DNA from: Lobosporangium transversale
Taxonomy: Eukaryota
Length of the DNA: 64,000 nucleotides
Assembly (NCBI RefSeq): GCF_002105155.1
Contig: NW_019029001.1
Span: forward strand, 496,001-560,000
Direction: 5' to 3'
In this document: positions 9,366 to 21,075 of the stretch, in pieces
Numbering within the stretch: the stretch's first letter is position 1
Layout: each line of letters opens with the position of its first letter
Made by a program: the position numbers and the translations under genes
The notes under the pieces: model-generated
The model's database searches: none
The model's input: only the letters and a program-made list of their open reading frames with translations
Told to the model about the DNA's origin: nothing

Positions 9366-10570
9366 TTATGGGAGAACATTCATCCAAGAGTCCAGGATGA
9401 CCAAGCGCTGGATCGTCGTAGGGCTAAGGCTATTTCTTTCAGGTGGCAGGAAGAACTTAGCTTGCGAAAAGCATCTTTCTGCCGGGGTTGATGTCACAGG
9501 GACTGCAAGATAGTCCTTTGCCATATTCGCCAAATTGGGCAAGCGCTCCTTTTGTGATCGCCAGTACACTAACTCTGGAGGCTCATGTTTACTAGCAACT
9601 AGAGAACTTCCTTCTCGAACGTATAATTCAAGCTCTCCACCTTTTTTCTTGATACCATAGCGTCTCATCTCCACTTCTTCTTCAGCTGGAAGCTGACTTG
9701 GGCCTTCTTTGCCCTTATATTCATCTTCCCAGACCTTCGTTACCATGTCTTGGCTGCTTTGAATATATTCACCCCATTCGTTAGCTTCCCACCAGTCAAA
9801 CCGCATCCTCGGGTCCATAGCAGTGGCGACGGCATAGACCGCTGAGGAATCAGTTTTAGAATAATAACGCAAAAGCTTCTTTAACCCTTGACCTGCTGCG
9901 TTTTTTAGTGGAGGATCCTCTTCTTTTTCAATATAATCTTCTAGGTGGTCGATCATGTTGTTGTAAGCAGACATGGCTCTGTTGATTGTCGGGTATCCCA
10001 GGCTAGAAGACACCGTCGCTGTGATATCATTAAACTGGCTAAGCAAAATATGGAGCTTCTTCAGGTATCCCCATTCTTCGTCTTTCAGGGAGAAGGCCGA
10101 TAAAAACGGTTCGTTCTGGCACATGCTCTGGTAGGGTAGCCTTAACGTTATTGCCCTATCCACCATGATGAAAGTAGAGTTCCAACGTGTGCAGTTATCC
10201 CTTTTCAGTTCAAGGTTTGGGCATTTCAGGATAGCGCAGACCTGGCCAAACTTGTCAATTCTTTGTGGCGAAGCTCTATGTATAAGTCGATATAAAAGGT
10301 ATTTTATAGTTAAGTTTCATGATTCAAGTTTACATTTGCAGTCAAGATTATATAGTAATACTGACCTGATCTTAACAATGCCTTTTCTGAGTTTCTGTAA
10401 TGTACTCAGCGTTACAAGCGTTAACCCAACCGCATCCTCACACTCATTGTTGTTCACGTAGAGACTGTCATTTTCAGGAGCCAAGTCATTCAAACCACTT
10501 GGGTCCAAAATCGCCTGAACTGCCAGATTAATGATGTGTCCAAGGCATGGCACATGGTATAAGCCATCCT
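9366..10570 (-). pseudogene. hAT transposase, C-terminal half
   Basis: HVPCLGHIINLAVQ (CxxH), DNCTRWNST, and dimerisation motif YWRSQKERLPNLANMAKDYLAVPVTSTPAERCFS; probable intron near 10280-10365; N-terminus missing. Confidence 0.9.
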
Positions 10571-10631
10571 TGAGCGACCTAATGTTTTTTATTTTTATTT
10601 TTTTTTTGAGAAGTGTTAGAGATAACTCATT

Positions 10632-11154
10632 TGTCAAGGACTGACAGGACGAGTGCAAGAGAAGGTAAGTGATTTAGGAACAAGAATGAACTTAGGAGAT
10701 TCAAGAATAGTCTTATTGCAGACTGAGGTTTACTATGTTACAAATCTATCATATTTATACTTGTTTGACTGAAGCGGAGACGCGCTTCAAGAACTCTAAA
10801 TAAAGCTTACTCAAATATTTCCTAAGGACTTTTACCATATGCGGAACTCCAAGTGTTGAGTTAACTTAATACACAGGATCCGAGGAAGATATCTGGTGCA
10901 ATCTTATTTCCAGGTTCCTTGGCACTATAAGTCTTGGTTATTGGTTTATAGCTCTTCCAGAATCCTTGGAGCTATTCACGGAGCTAGAAAACTAGGAGAC
11001 GCGACTTGGCTTGACAGGCAAACTATGCATGGAGGAATGAGTGAAGGAAATGAGCGGAACAAATTAATCAAGCACACGTGATCTTTTTCAGATTCGAATC
11101 AGACAAAAGTCATTCATCAATTCATGAGCTAGACATTGCTTGCTGTTCGTGACA
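10632..11154 (-). mobile_element. Possible solo LTR
   Basis: ~520 bp bounded by TGTCA...TGACA, minus-strand TATAAATA near 10751-10758, interrupts transposon debris; flanks TCATT/CTTGC are not a TSD. Confidence 0.35.
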
Positions 11155-11404
11155 CTTGCCGTCTTTGAGGCTTCAAGAAAAACAAGATAATAGGTTTCTT
11201 CATGACGGGAAGGATGCAAGCGAAATCACTATAATAATTTTGTGCAACATAGTATTTCGCCCATATTTCTAGAGCATTCCTTGCAACAGGATATTAACTA
11301 GTATAAATAGGTCTACTTTCTATCTAGTTCTGTAGCATAGTTCCCCCTGAATAAAAGATACCTTTATTGCACCCTTAGATCCCCCTAGAACACTACCTTG
11401 ACTT

Positions 11405-11698
11405 TTGCAGATTGTTAGGAAGTATTTGGAGTCAGTACATCTGACAGAAGAGGAAGGTACACTTCTAGAGTGGCCAGCACAATCCCCTGACCTCAACCCT
11501 ATTGAACACATGTGGGCAGAATTGGATAGGCGGCTCTCTAGGTATCCGGAGCGAGCTAAGAGCTGTGATGAACTATGGGAGCGAATATCGGTTGAATGCT
11601 ACAGGATCCCAGTGGACTTCTGCCGCAAACTCATCATAGGTATCCATAAGAGACTCCAAGCTGTCAGTGATGCCCATGGTTGGAATACTATCTATTGA
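11405..11698 (+). pseudogene. Tc1/mariner (IS630-like) transposase C-terminal fragment
   Basis: LEWPAQSPDLNPIEHMWAEL motif; degenerate LQQD upstream near 11281; possible TA-CAGTG terminus near 8565. Confidence 0.9.
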
Positions 11699-12489
11699 TG
11701 TAAGGTTATGGCTCACAAAAGTATAAAGATCTTTGGCCACCGAATGGGCACATGTGAAACTGATTCAATGACCTGCATGAACAAAAAAGTCATTAGCTAT
11801 TCAAATGAGACAAGCTAATGTCACAACGCATCACTATGTCGTAGAAGAAGACGGGAGCTTTATTAAACCAAAGTATGAGTGGTGTATGCATATACGGTTT
11901 CTAGGAATGAAAAAAAGAAATGCACATGGAAATGAATTATTGAATCAGTTTTGCATGATAGTGTATCTCACAACTACAGTAGTTGACACAAATAGCAGAG
12001 CCTAGTCCGGCTTAACTATTGATATTTATACACAATATTATTGTATGCACCTTTATTCTCTAACGATCCTTGTTGTGCTATTCGAGTTTAATGCTTGATG
12101 CTTTTTGTTATTCCAACGAAATATAAACATCGTTGAGAATCTTGCCCACGATATCCTCATCCACGCCTCGACAAAAACCGCGGCCCGACAGCTGCTAAGA
12201 ATCCGAGTGTGCGAATGGGTAAAATCTTGGTTGGCCTAATATTACTTCAGAGTATATATGATGGTTAAAATTGGTCTCGATGTCGAGTTGCATGTTGTAT
12301 TTGAAAAAGGCCTTGCGTTTGTAATACCATGCAAAAAAATAATCATATTATCCATTTTCCGCGACGGAGAACAGACGGCAACTTGTGATCAGACCTGGCG
12401 AGCTGGCAGGAGATAGCAAGAACCAAGGCGGAACCATGTCTTGGAGGGGAAAAAAAAAATAGAAAAAAAAAAAGAAAGAAAAAGAAAAG

Positions 12490-13020
12490 AGCCAGTATCC
12501 TTGAGATTCGATACGACTGGGTTGCTGAAACCAGGTCAAAGACCAGGAGTTTCCATCACTATAAATAGTGGGCAGTTAACGAATCAGTGGGATGTCTGGC
12601 GTCTCCTCATAACGACCTCCAAGGTCAGAATGAAAGAATAAAAAAAAAATAAAAAAGACTCAGATGCTTGACAGAATCTTTTTAAAACCGGGGGGCTGAA
12701 ATTTTTGAACAAGGCCAAAGACCTGCTCAAAGCTTTCCCCACTATGGGTAGTGGCCAGTTCGAATCAGCAGAACATCTGGTGTCTCCTTGTAACGACCTT
12801 CAAGGTCAAAGAAAAGAATAAAAAAAAAGAAAAAGAAAGATTCAGATGCTTGACAGACTCTTAATTACCGGGGGGCTGAAACTTTTGCACAAGACCAAAG
12901 GCCTGTTCAAAAGCTTCCCCACTAGTACAGTGGCCGGTTCGAATCAGCAGAACATCTGGCATCTCCTTGTAACGACCTTCGAGGTCAAAGAAAAGAAAAG
13001 AAAAGGGAGAAGGAAGCTGC
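12490..13020. repeat. Three diverged tandem copies of a ~182-bp unit
   Basis: CAGATGCTTGACAGA at 12661 and 12843; TAACGACCT..AGGTCA followed by an A-rich run in all three copies. Confidence 0.85.
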
Positions 13021-13467
13021 GATGTTCTCATTGGATCGAAAAAGTCCGCGTCTATTCATTGTAAGAAACCAGAGATTACTCACAGATAATTAGGAAGCGC
13101 GGCTAAATGATAAAAAAAGATAATGTTTACTACTTACTTGATGGAACTCTGTGAATTTGACGATCATCATGTTTGATTGCGTTGCGTGAGAGCTAAGAGT
13201 GAAGGCAAGGAAGCGGAAGCGGAAGCGGAAGCGGAAGCAAAACATGATGACGCATAACAGTTATTCAACGTCAAAGCCACTAACCTCTTCCGCCGCTCGA
13301 CGTGCAAATAGAGGACAGCGAGCCAAGCTTGCAAGTAGCGAACGACATCAGATTTAGAGTTGCTATTCAATACAATTCAATTTTCGCTGGAGTCTATTCA
13401 ATCAATTTAAAAAATATAAGGTATCCTGACCAAATGAAACGGGCTATACAAGGCTGATATACTACCA

Positions 13468-13729
13468 ATGTGTTTGAATGTGCATTCTCCATTCTGTAGC
13501 TGTGTGTAATCAATCTTTTATTGATGCAAGAATAAATGATGAATGATGTCTGAGGTAGCAGTGTATGGATGGCAGAGCACTTGGTCAACAGGCTGAAACC
13601 TTATTTTAACAAGCATGCTGGAAAAATGAATCAGCACGCTGGAAAAATGAAGCAGCATACTGAAAAATTTAACCCGCACGTGCTTGTTCTCAAAAATCGC
13701 TGCTGCTTCGCTTCCAGCTTCGATCACTG
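13468..13729. mobile_element. Isolated, diverged terminus of the long-TIR hAT family seen at 42606-46455
   Basis: GCACGTGCTTGTTCTCAAAAATCGCTGCTGCTTCGCTTCCAGCTT-GATCACTG matches the end at 46455; degenerate 21-bp units present. Confidence 0.9.
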
Positions 13730-13730
13730 T

Positions 13731-14383
13731 AATATTGACTAGAATATTTATCTTATCGAGGTCGTACGTAGCCCAGAATAGATGTTGATATTCTTTATGC
13801 GATTCTGGGACTAAATAAAGAATTACAAACGATTTATCTATATGCCGCTTTACCTTGCACCTTTGTTGGTCGTATTCTTATAGGTTGTGGATGGTTCCCT
13901 GATGCTTTCTTTCATTTAGCGCGTGCATACATCTCTAGTGTTTCCGTATGCTATTAAGCACATAGCGATGATTTTAGTAATTAGGGACCTCTAATATGTA
14001 GTTTGTTTCGGTAGATATACAAACATATTCTTTGCTACGATGCATAGCGTGCCGTGTTGCTACTCTCTTTCTTTTCTCTTTCTTCTATATCTTTATCTCT
14101 GTCCTTCTTTATTAAGAGCTCAAGCGCCCTCGGTACTAAATTTTATTTATCAAATTCACCAAAATACAATGGGTAGACTTCAGTTTATTTTGTGGAATGT
14201 CTATCCTCTCACCCGCTTGTAACCCGAGAGATTACTTATCTTTTGATAGTTGGTGACAGTTCGCACTCAAAGCCAATCTTGCCACAATTACCTATATCCC
14301 TATATCTAAATAGCTAAAATACTTTAATAGCATAACCGTGACTAATAGTGATAGAAAAGAGACATAAATACTCTTTTCTGTTA
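13731..14383 (-). pseudogene. Degenerate coding relic, copy 2
   Basis: Direct repeat of 7803-8445; minus frame ...HRYVLNSIRKH*RCMHALNERKHQG...LYLVPESHKEYQHLFWATYDLDK. Confidence 0.5.
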
Positions 14384-15287
14384 CGTTGATAAAGATCCTT
14401 AGTTTTGTCTCATTACATTCCAAGTTTGTTATCATGTTCAATCAGGGCTGATTTTTCATCAATAATAGGCAAAACTTGCCTTGGGTCGTCTTTAGCACGT
14501 AGTGTCGCATACTCAGCAGCACATGTAGATGCTCACTGCGTCTAGGGACTAGCTTCATATTGTACAATCACCTGATAGAAAGTTTGGTCAAAAAAATAAA
14601 ATTTTGAAATGGTTATGAAGAGAAGCACTGTCTTCAATCCTATTTCTTGCCATTTTCCCTCAGCATGTACTGCCCACAAACTTCAGTAATTATCCACATT
14701 GGCCTCATTAATAAAAGCGCAAATTTCCATCTTGGTTGGTGAAGTATTTTTGTATGTCACAAATGAGATGTTTGTTAGAGACTCAAAATAAAAATAATAG
14801 ACTTTCTTTCGGGTGACTGTAGAGCGGAATAGAGCCTGAAAAATATTTTGTAGATAGATAGTAAGCAGTAGAAAAGTATGTGAGAATAAGATATAGGTCC
14901 ACACACCCATGGGGTATTTATTCATTTTCTGATAGAGGGACTTATACCAGGTAACTACGAATCTATCTGTAGGATGACACAAGTTTGTTCTAAAAACTTC
15001 ATGTCAAAGATTTATCACGTCTATGTGTGGCGGGTTATTGCCACTAATTTCTACTGCTAACCTTTTTAGCGCATTAGTGTTTTTTACCCTAATTTTTTTT
15101 CTATCATAATATTGCATACTGTGGAATATGCAACAGAGCGCGATGAGTATCGCAGCCCCCACGGCGCTGCAAGTTCCAACAGTAATAACTCCAGACTCCT
15201 CTCTACTCTAGACTCACCTTCGCTTATTTCCTTCGAAATAAAAAGCTAAAATCATATAATCTGTAGGATACACGTTGCTGCTTGTAG

Positions 15288-15365
15288 ATGAAATAAAGAC
15301 CCCGTGCAAATAAATAAAAAAATATTTGCACGGGGGAAGCAGTGTGTACGAGGGCAATGCAAATA
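15288..15365. repeat. Palindromic TIR/MITE-like repeat, copy 2 (inverted relative to 7624-7733)
   Basis: GAAATAAAGACCCCGTGCAAATA..TATTTGCACGGGGG..GTGTGTACGAGGGCAATGCAAATA. Confidence 0.75.
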
Positions 15366-16075
15366 ACTTCATCCTTTCGAGTTCGGGACAACTACTTAGG
15401 AAAACTAAACTGGACGTGATAGAGCGACTAGGTGGGATGAAGTTTTTGATGACTATGGATAGTGGATAATTTGTCGCGTTGCGCAACAGGCCACGTCGGA
15501 AATATGGGCTTTGAGTACTAACCACGGTGGTCAGGGTTCATGAAATCATGGATTCAGCGGCTCTAGCCGTTTGTGCACTAATAACTGTTTATTGACTATA
15601 GTTTCTGGAGCATCTTCTTCATAGTGTAGAAAATGGATCCCATGACCCTGCGGGTCCTTGTTATCAAAAAAAAAAAAAAAAAAAAAAAGGCTGTGTTCAG
15701 ACGTTGGACTCATGTGGCGCATGTAATGTTACTGAAGGTTTTGAGCTTGGTGATGAATACAATGCTAGGGAGAGGAGACTCCACCAAGGAGCGTGTATCT
15801 AGCTGATCTATTTATCTACTGTCAAGTTTTCGATGGCATTGAATTAAATGGTAAGACAGACGTAAAGGTAGAAAATGAGATTTTTCTCTTAAAAACAGCC
15901 TTAAAATGTTGATGGGTAGGTGAAGATTCCAAGATTTACGTTTTGAAAATCTACAGAAATTTTCTTTATTGAAATAAATCAGCATTAGATATCCATCCAC
16001 GAAAAGAATAGATCTGTTAACTAAATTAATGGGATTACAATTAGAGTTATAGGAAAAGAAAGAAAAGAGTTTTTT

Positions 16076-17722
16076 TTACTTGTTGCAACTATCAACGCTG
16101 GAAGCTGATGCATTAGCGCCTGCAGAAGTAATAGCAGAAGAAAGAAGGGCGTCTCGGAAGAGATATTCTTTTCTCTCTGGTTCGATGGCTTGCAGCACCA
16201 TGCGCTTGAATTCCTTCATGAACAATTCTACTTGCTCACGGTCCTTGAAAGTCTGTTTATGCCAGACGCATGTCATGGACAAAACACCATTTGCTGTGGC
16301 GGCATTGAGCGTGACTGCAGAGCAGGTAATGCAGCTCGACTGTGAAAATACTGCATCTTCAATTTTGTACACTACTGTAGAAGAGGCTGAAGTGGATTCT
16401 GGCGATGATGATTCTTTAGATATCGATGCTGGTGCAGAGGTGGATTGATCCCATCCTTTGCCAAGATTAGATAGTTTGATAGTTGCCAGTCGACCATGTA
16501 GCTCTTTGACAGTGTAATCACGCACAAAATCTTCCCATCCACCTGGATGATTAGGAAGATACTCCAATAGACCTGTATGTTCCAAAAGATCCTGGACACC
16601 CTTTTTGGTGGATGTAGCCTTGACGACCTGATCGCGGTACGCATTGGTCAGATCCCAGAATTCTGTATCCAATTTCACATGAATACCCTTGGTCATGATC
16701 TCTGAGACGAAATTGCCTTGAACTTCGGCAGAAATTGGAGGGGAGAGGAGTGGACGAAGAGAGACTGGGGTTGCAAACACTATCTTGTCTTTACTAGTCT
16801 TTGGTTCATGTTCGTTTTCTAAATGAGATAGATAAACTGCCTTCATCGCAAAACAAGATGCACTGTAAAGGATAGATTGAACGGTGGTCTTGCGAGTCTT
16901 TGCAACTTGTATCAATTGCTTAGTTTCTTCTCTGGTCAGATACCAGATAGCCATCTGGGTAATGACAGGACCTTCAAGTGTGGCATCACATTCACCACCC
17001 CAGTATTTCGGTTCGATAGCCTTCTTGACAGATGCCGGGAGCAAAAGCCCTGTCGTGAAGGCCTTAGCCAAAGTTATCACACCTGGACTACAACGGACAC
17101 GTTCCTCCAGAGGTGGAGGTAATGGAGCAGTGGGTGCAACCACTACAGTTGATAATGGTGTCTTAACTTGGGTTTGTGCTTGCTCTTGTACTTGAAGATT
17201 CAGCCGTTCAACTAACTGCTGTGTGAGTCCCATGCCAGAGCGTCCATCGCCAATCACATGCAAGTAAACATGTAGCAAGAAAAATGTATCATCGGCCTGA
17301 ACATGCACCACTATTATACGCCACAACGGAACTTGAGTGTCAAGCAAATCAAAAGGTAACGAATGCTCTCGCTCGAGGACCTGTGTGATGTCGTTCCGAT
17401 GCTGAATGGATGTCACCCGAATGATTCGAGTAATGTCAACCGTAGGCATGCGTAAAAACTTGGGTTCACCACCGAGATGATCTCCTACTACCACAGACAA
17501 AGTTGGATGCTTCTGAATTAACCAAGTCAAAGGCCCAGCCAACAACTCAACCCACTGGGCGGTTTCTGTTGGTATTTTTAATGGCGCGGTAGCCGAGGAA
17601 TTTGGGTCTGATTGCAGTCGGAGTCGTGTGCCAACGACGACATTAAAGTAGATCCCAGCATTGGCTCTTGCGAGGCTGTATCGATCGAGGTTGGCGAGTT
17701 TACGAACAAAGGGAAGAGCCAT
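16076..17722 (-). CDS. Alcohol acetyltransferase-like CoA-dependent acyltransferase
   Basis: Intronless ORF, likely start MALPFVRKL at 17722; PLWRI and HxxxD motif HVIGDGRSG; TPVSLR and SNLG motifs. Confidence 0.85.
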   Translation of the reverse strand: MALPFVRKLANLDRYSLARANAGIYFNVVVGTRLRLQSDPNSSATAPLKIPTETAQWVELLAGPLTWLIQKHPTLSVVVGDHLGGEPKFLRMPTVDITRIIRVTSIQHRNDITQVLEREHSLPFDLLDTQVPLWRIIVVHVQADDTFFLLHVYLHVIGDGRSGMGLTQQLVERLNLQVQEQAQTQVKTPLSTVVVAPTAPLPPPLEERVRCSPGVITLAKAFTTGLLLPASVKKAIEPKYWGGECDATLEGPVITQMAIWYLTREETKQLIQVAKTRKTTVQSILYSASCFAMKAVYLSHLENEHEPKTSKDKIVFATPVSLRPLLSPPISAEVQGNFVSEIMTKGIHVKLDTEFWDLTNAYRDQVVKATSTKKGVQDLLEHTGLLEYLPNHPGGWEDFVRDYTVKELHGRLATIKLSNLGKGWDQSTSAPASISKESSSPESTSASSTVVYKIEDAVFSQSSCITCSAVTLNAATANGVLSMTCVWHKQTFKDREQVELFMKEFKRMVLQAIEPERKEYLFRDALLSSAITSAGANASASSVDSCNK

Positions 17723-18279
17723 TAGAGATAATGGTAAACAATGAAGGTGTGTATAGGTGATAGAAGGATAGAAGGAAGAGAAGCGATACCAAGTACATGT
17801 ATCACGATGGTCTTTTTTAAGACGAAGCGATCGTTGCACAGATAATAAAGCTCCGGCAACTGCGGAGTTGAATAGTACTTCTGACAATGTGAAAGTGATC
17901 GGACATCCCATTTTTTCTCTTTTTTTTGCGTCCATGGAGCCTGACCAAAATTGACAAACTATACATGTTCAACTGAGCTCAGATCAGCCTTGCAGCCCTC
18001 GATTTTCTTTATATTTTTCCTTTAATGCAGCAATTGTCCACCTGGAAAAGAAAGGCCGATGCTGACCGTATGAATTGTAAGAGTGTATAAATAGCATAAG
18101 AAAAGGAAAGAAAAGGAAGGGAACAAGAATGAAGTATGAAAAACGAAACAATAAAGAGAGAAGGAAAGTGTGGAGAGCGATGAAAAGGCTTGGAGAATCT
18201 GCAAGAGAAATAAAAATAAAAAAAAGGATAGACTTGGTTGGGCACACCACCACGCTATACAGTACTAAGCAATAGCCTC

Positions 18280-20392
18280 TTATTTGCCCGGCTTGACTGG
18301 TGATGGCTCCATTGTCTCCTGTTTTTCCTCCACTTTCGGCTCATTGCTTTCTTTGAGTTCATTTGCTTCCTTCAATTCATTTATATCCATAGTTTCCTTG
18401 GCTTCCTTGGTCTCAGTGACAGACTCGGATTCAGGTAACTCTTGAACATCATTAGCTTTGGGTGTTCCATCGGCATTGGTAGACAGCACTTCTTGTCTTT
18501 CGTATTCTGCCAGCGTTTCTTTGAATGTCTCCGGATCCTCATCGCCATTAGGACGGAGTTTCGAATCCGCGGGTCCTAGACGTACTGCTACGCGTCTTGC
18601 AATATGTTCATACCAATCCTCCAACGTTCGTCCGTTTAAAAATGCCACAATTACCATGGTCATGTTATCGCAGCCAACTCCAGCCATACCGGTGTCTGAT
18701 GCCAAGCAGTTATCCATTGTCATTTCACACAATTTATCTAAGGGGATATTGTCAGCAATTCCCTTACGGACAAATGTCACTACCTCCTGAGATGTCATGC
18801 AATCCCAAATCCCTATATTACGATATCATGTGATAAAAGAATGTTATGTTTCGACAGCTATTTACCATGATGCAAAAATTACTATCAAAGTAAGCGTTCA
18901 GTCCAGTGTCCAACTGCACTCACCATCGCAAGCCAGGATCAAGAATTCGTCGTCATCTGTCAGCTTATGCTCCACAATCACGGGGTTTGCTTTTTTTTAA
19001 GGACCAGGGATGTCGTCAGTTGAGTATTTAAAAATGCCTCATCGTCTCATGGTGTATGGCACTAATATATTGAATAGGAGACATACCTGTCACAATTTGA
19101 TCATCTGGTCCGAGCGTAGCATTCGTCTTAAACTCAAAGTCGCCCAAGGCACGAGACAAGGCAAGACTGCCGTTAACTCGGCCATACTCTACAAACCCTC
19201 CTGCAGCAACAATACGCCTTGACTCCTCTATTAGCACAAATTACGTTGTTAATAAGAGACAAGAAAGGAATTTGTAGGGACAATTTGGATTTGAAATATT
19301 CCTAAAATTGTTCGATGTTTCATTTAGGCCGTACCTTTATTGACAGGCTTGTGATCGTGAGATAAAGCAATGGCTGCTCCATCAGTTCCGAGTACAGCAC
19401 GAGAATCACCAGCATTGCCCTAAATGATGAACACACGATCAATTAATACACAAAAGTGATCATTTTTCCAAGCAATAGCCGCACTTGACATGTCCAGTCT
19501 GCATCCATATCGATCACGTCATTATTCGGTCACGATTGAGAGGGAAATAAAAGAGGCAATGCTTACCACATAGAGAACATTTTTATCAGTGAATGTTGCG
19601 GTGATGGCCGTGCATCCAGACGAGTCTCCGCCATACTCAGGATCTGGTAAATGAAGTATAAATGAGCGATGTTAGAGACCCCAGCTCCATGATTCTTCAA
19701 AAGTCTGCCTTAACAACTGGTATGCTATTCATATTTGCAACATGCCCAAATATAAACGCTTTTTGACATAATAGCACATACCATAACGAAGGGCTCTATC
19801 CATCTCCAAGAATCCATTCTTAATTGCCGCCACGTAATCCCCCTTGGCAAACGCTTTGTCTCCAACAATTTTCTTGTGCAGTCCTTCGCCACTAAACTTG
19901 GCAACGTTAGGACCTAAGGATTGATCGAAATGCGTCCATAAATCCATAATGGTTGTCGAGTCAGTATAGCTGAAAGACTGCTATCCATGATATATATGAT
20001 TTATAAATTCACTTTCTTAGTCTGGTGAGATATACCTCCATGGCCGTCATAAACTGCAAAGAAGGCAACTCCTTCAGCATTCTCTACTTCGAGTAGGGTC
20101 GTATGCGCATCTTTTTTTTTTTTTTTTTTTTTTTTTCAGAGTGAGAGGGAAAAATAAAAATAACAGATTGGTTAGGAGAGGGATACGAGACAGGAGAAAT
20201 GTGATCACGCCTTGCATGTACAGTAGTCGTCCAATCCATACCTTCCATAGCTATTAGTAAATAGAGTAAGAAAAACGAGAAAAAAAAAGATAGAAAAGCA
20301 TAGGTGGCAAAGAGTCAAGGATATTATAGTACGCGACGAGCGTAGATTGGCGTATTTGAGAGGCGATAGCATAAACGGTAATAGCAAATAAA

Positions 20393-20423
<31 letters not shown>

Positions 20424-20790
20424 GGCAATAGCAATAGCAATAACAGCAGTAATAGCAAAAGTAATAGCGGTAATAACATCAGAGGTGGAGCGATAAAGCC
20501 CTAGGCCACGCGTCCGAGCATCATTGATTAGGATTGCAAAATAAGATAGACCTCTTATGTGTTCTTTGCAAAAAAAATAAAATAAAATAAAAAAATAAAA
20601 TAACGACAGGACAAGGCATTATCCCGTCCATCATGCAAAAAAAAAAAGTAAAGATGAATGAAATAGACACAATTATGTGGTTGATACTGATTCGCCATCC
20701 TTGCATAGCAGAGGCGCCATAGGCGAAGCGCTTGTCCTGACCCGAGGTCGAGTGCTTCTCAGTGATCGGTGTTGAAAGAGTTTGACCCAT
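18280..20790 (-). CDS. ptc2: Protein phosphatase 2C (Ptc2/Ptc3-type), about 9 exons
   Basis: [64 protein letters not shown]. Approximate exons 20688-20790, 20242-20250, 20036-20110, 19782-19913, 19568-19643, 19335-19399, 19087-19227, 18923-18989, 18280-18811. Confidence 0.93.
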
Positions 20791-21044
20791 GATCGTATTC
20801 CTTGGGCTGGTTAAGTTTTATGTTAGTTGAAATTTAGCTGCAGTAAAAAAAAATTTTTTTGCCGTTGTTGTTGATAAAAAATGGAATGTAGATTACAAAG
20901 TCAAGTGAAAGAGATGAAGTAAGGAAACATGCGTAAAAACAAAAAAAAAAAAGATTTACGATGAGTCAAGGCGCGTGCAGAGAGAGGCGCAGCGTGGTCA
21001 CTATTTGACGGGTCACAAAAACATTATTTTATCTCTTCCCTTCA

Positions 21045-21075
<31 letters not shown>

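Larger units (their letters stand above)
8895..10580 (-). mobile_element. 5'-truncated hAT DNA transposon
   Basis: Putative terminus CAGTGCTCC at 8895, subterminal (CGAATG/ATCGAA) repeats at 8905-9190, transposase remnant at 9366-10570. Confidence 0.8.

Noticed and set aside
15535..15650. CAGGGTTCATG / CATGACCCTG mini inverted repeat
   Set aside because: Short, imperfect and without a TSD.
17723..17935. N-terminal extension of the acyltransferase ORF
   Set aside because: Reads like promoter/UTR sequence; the family-like sequence starts at MALPF.
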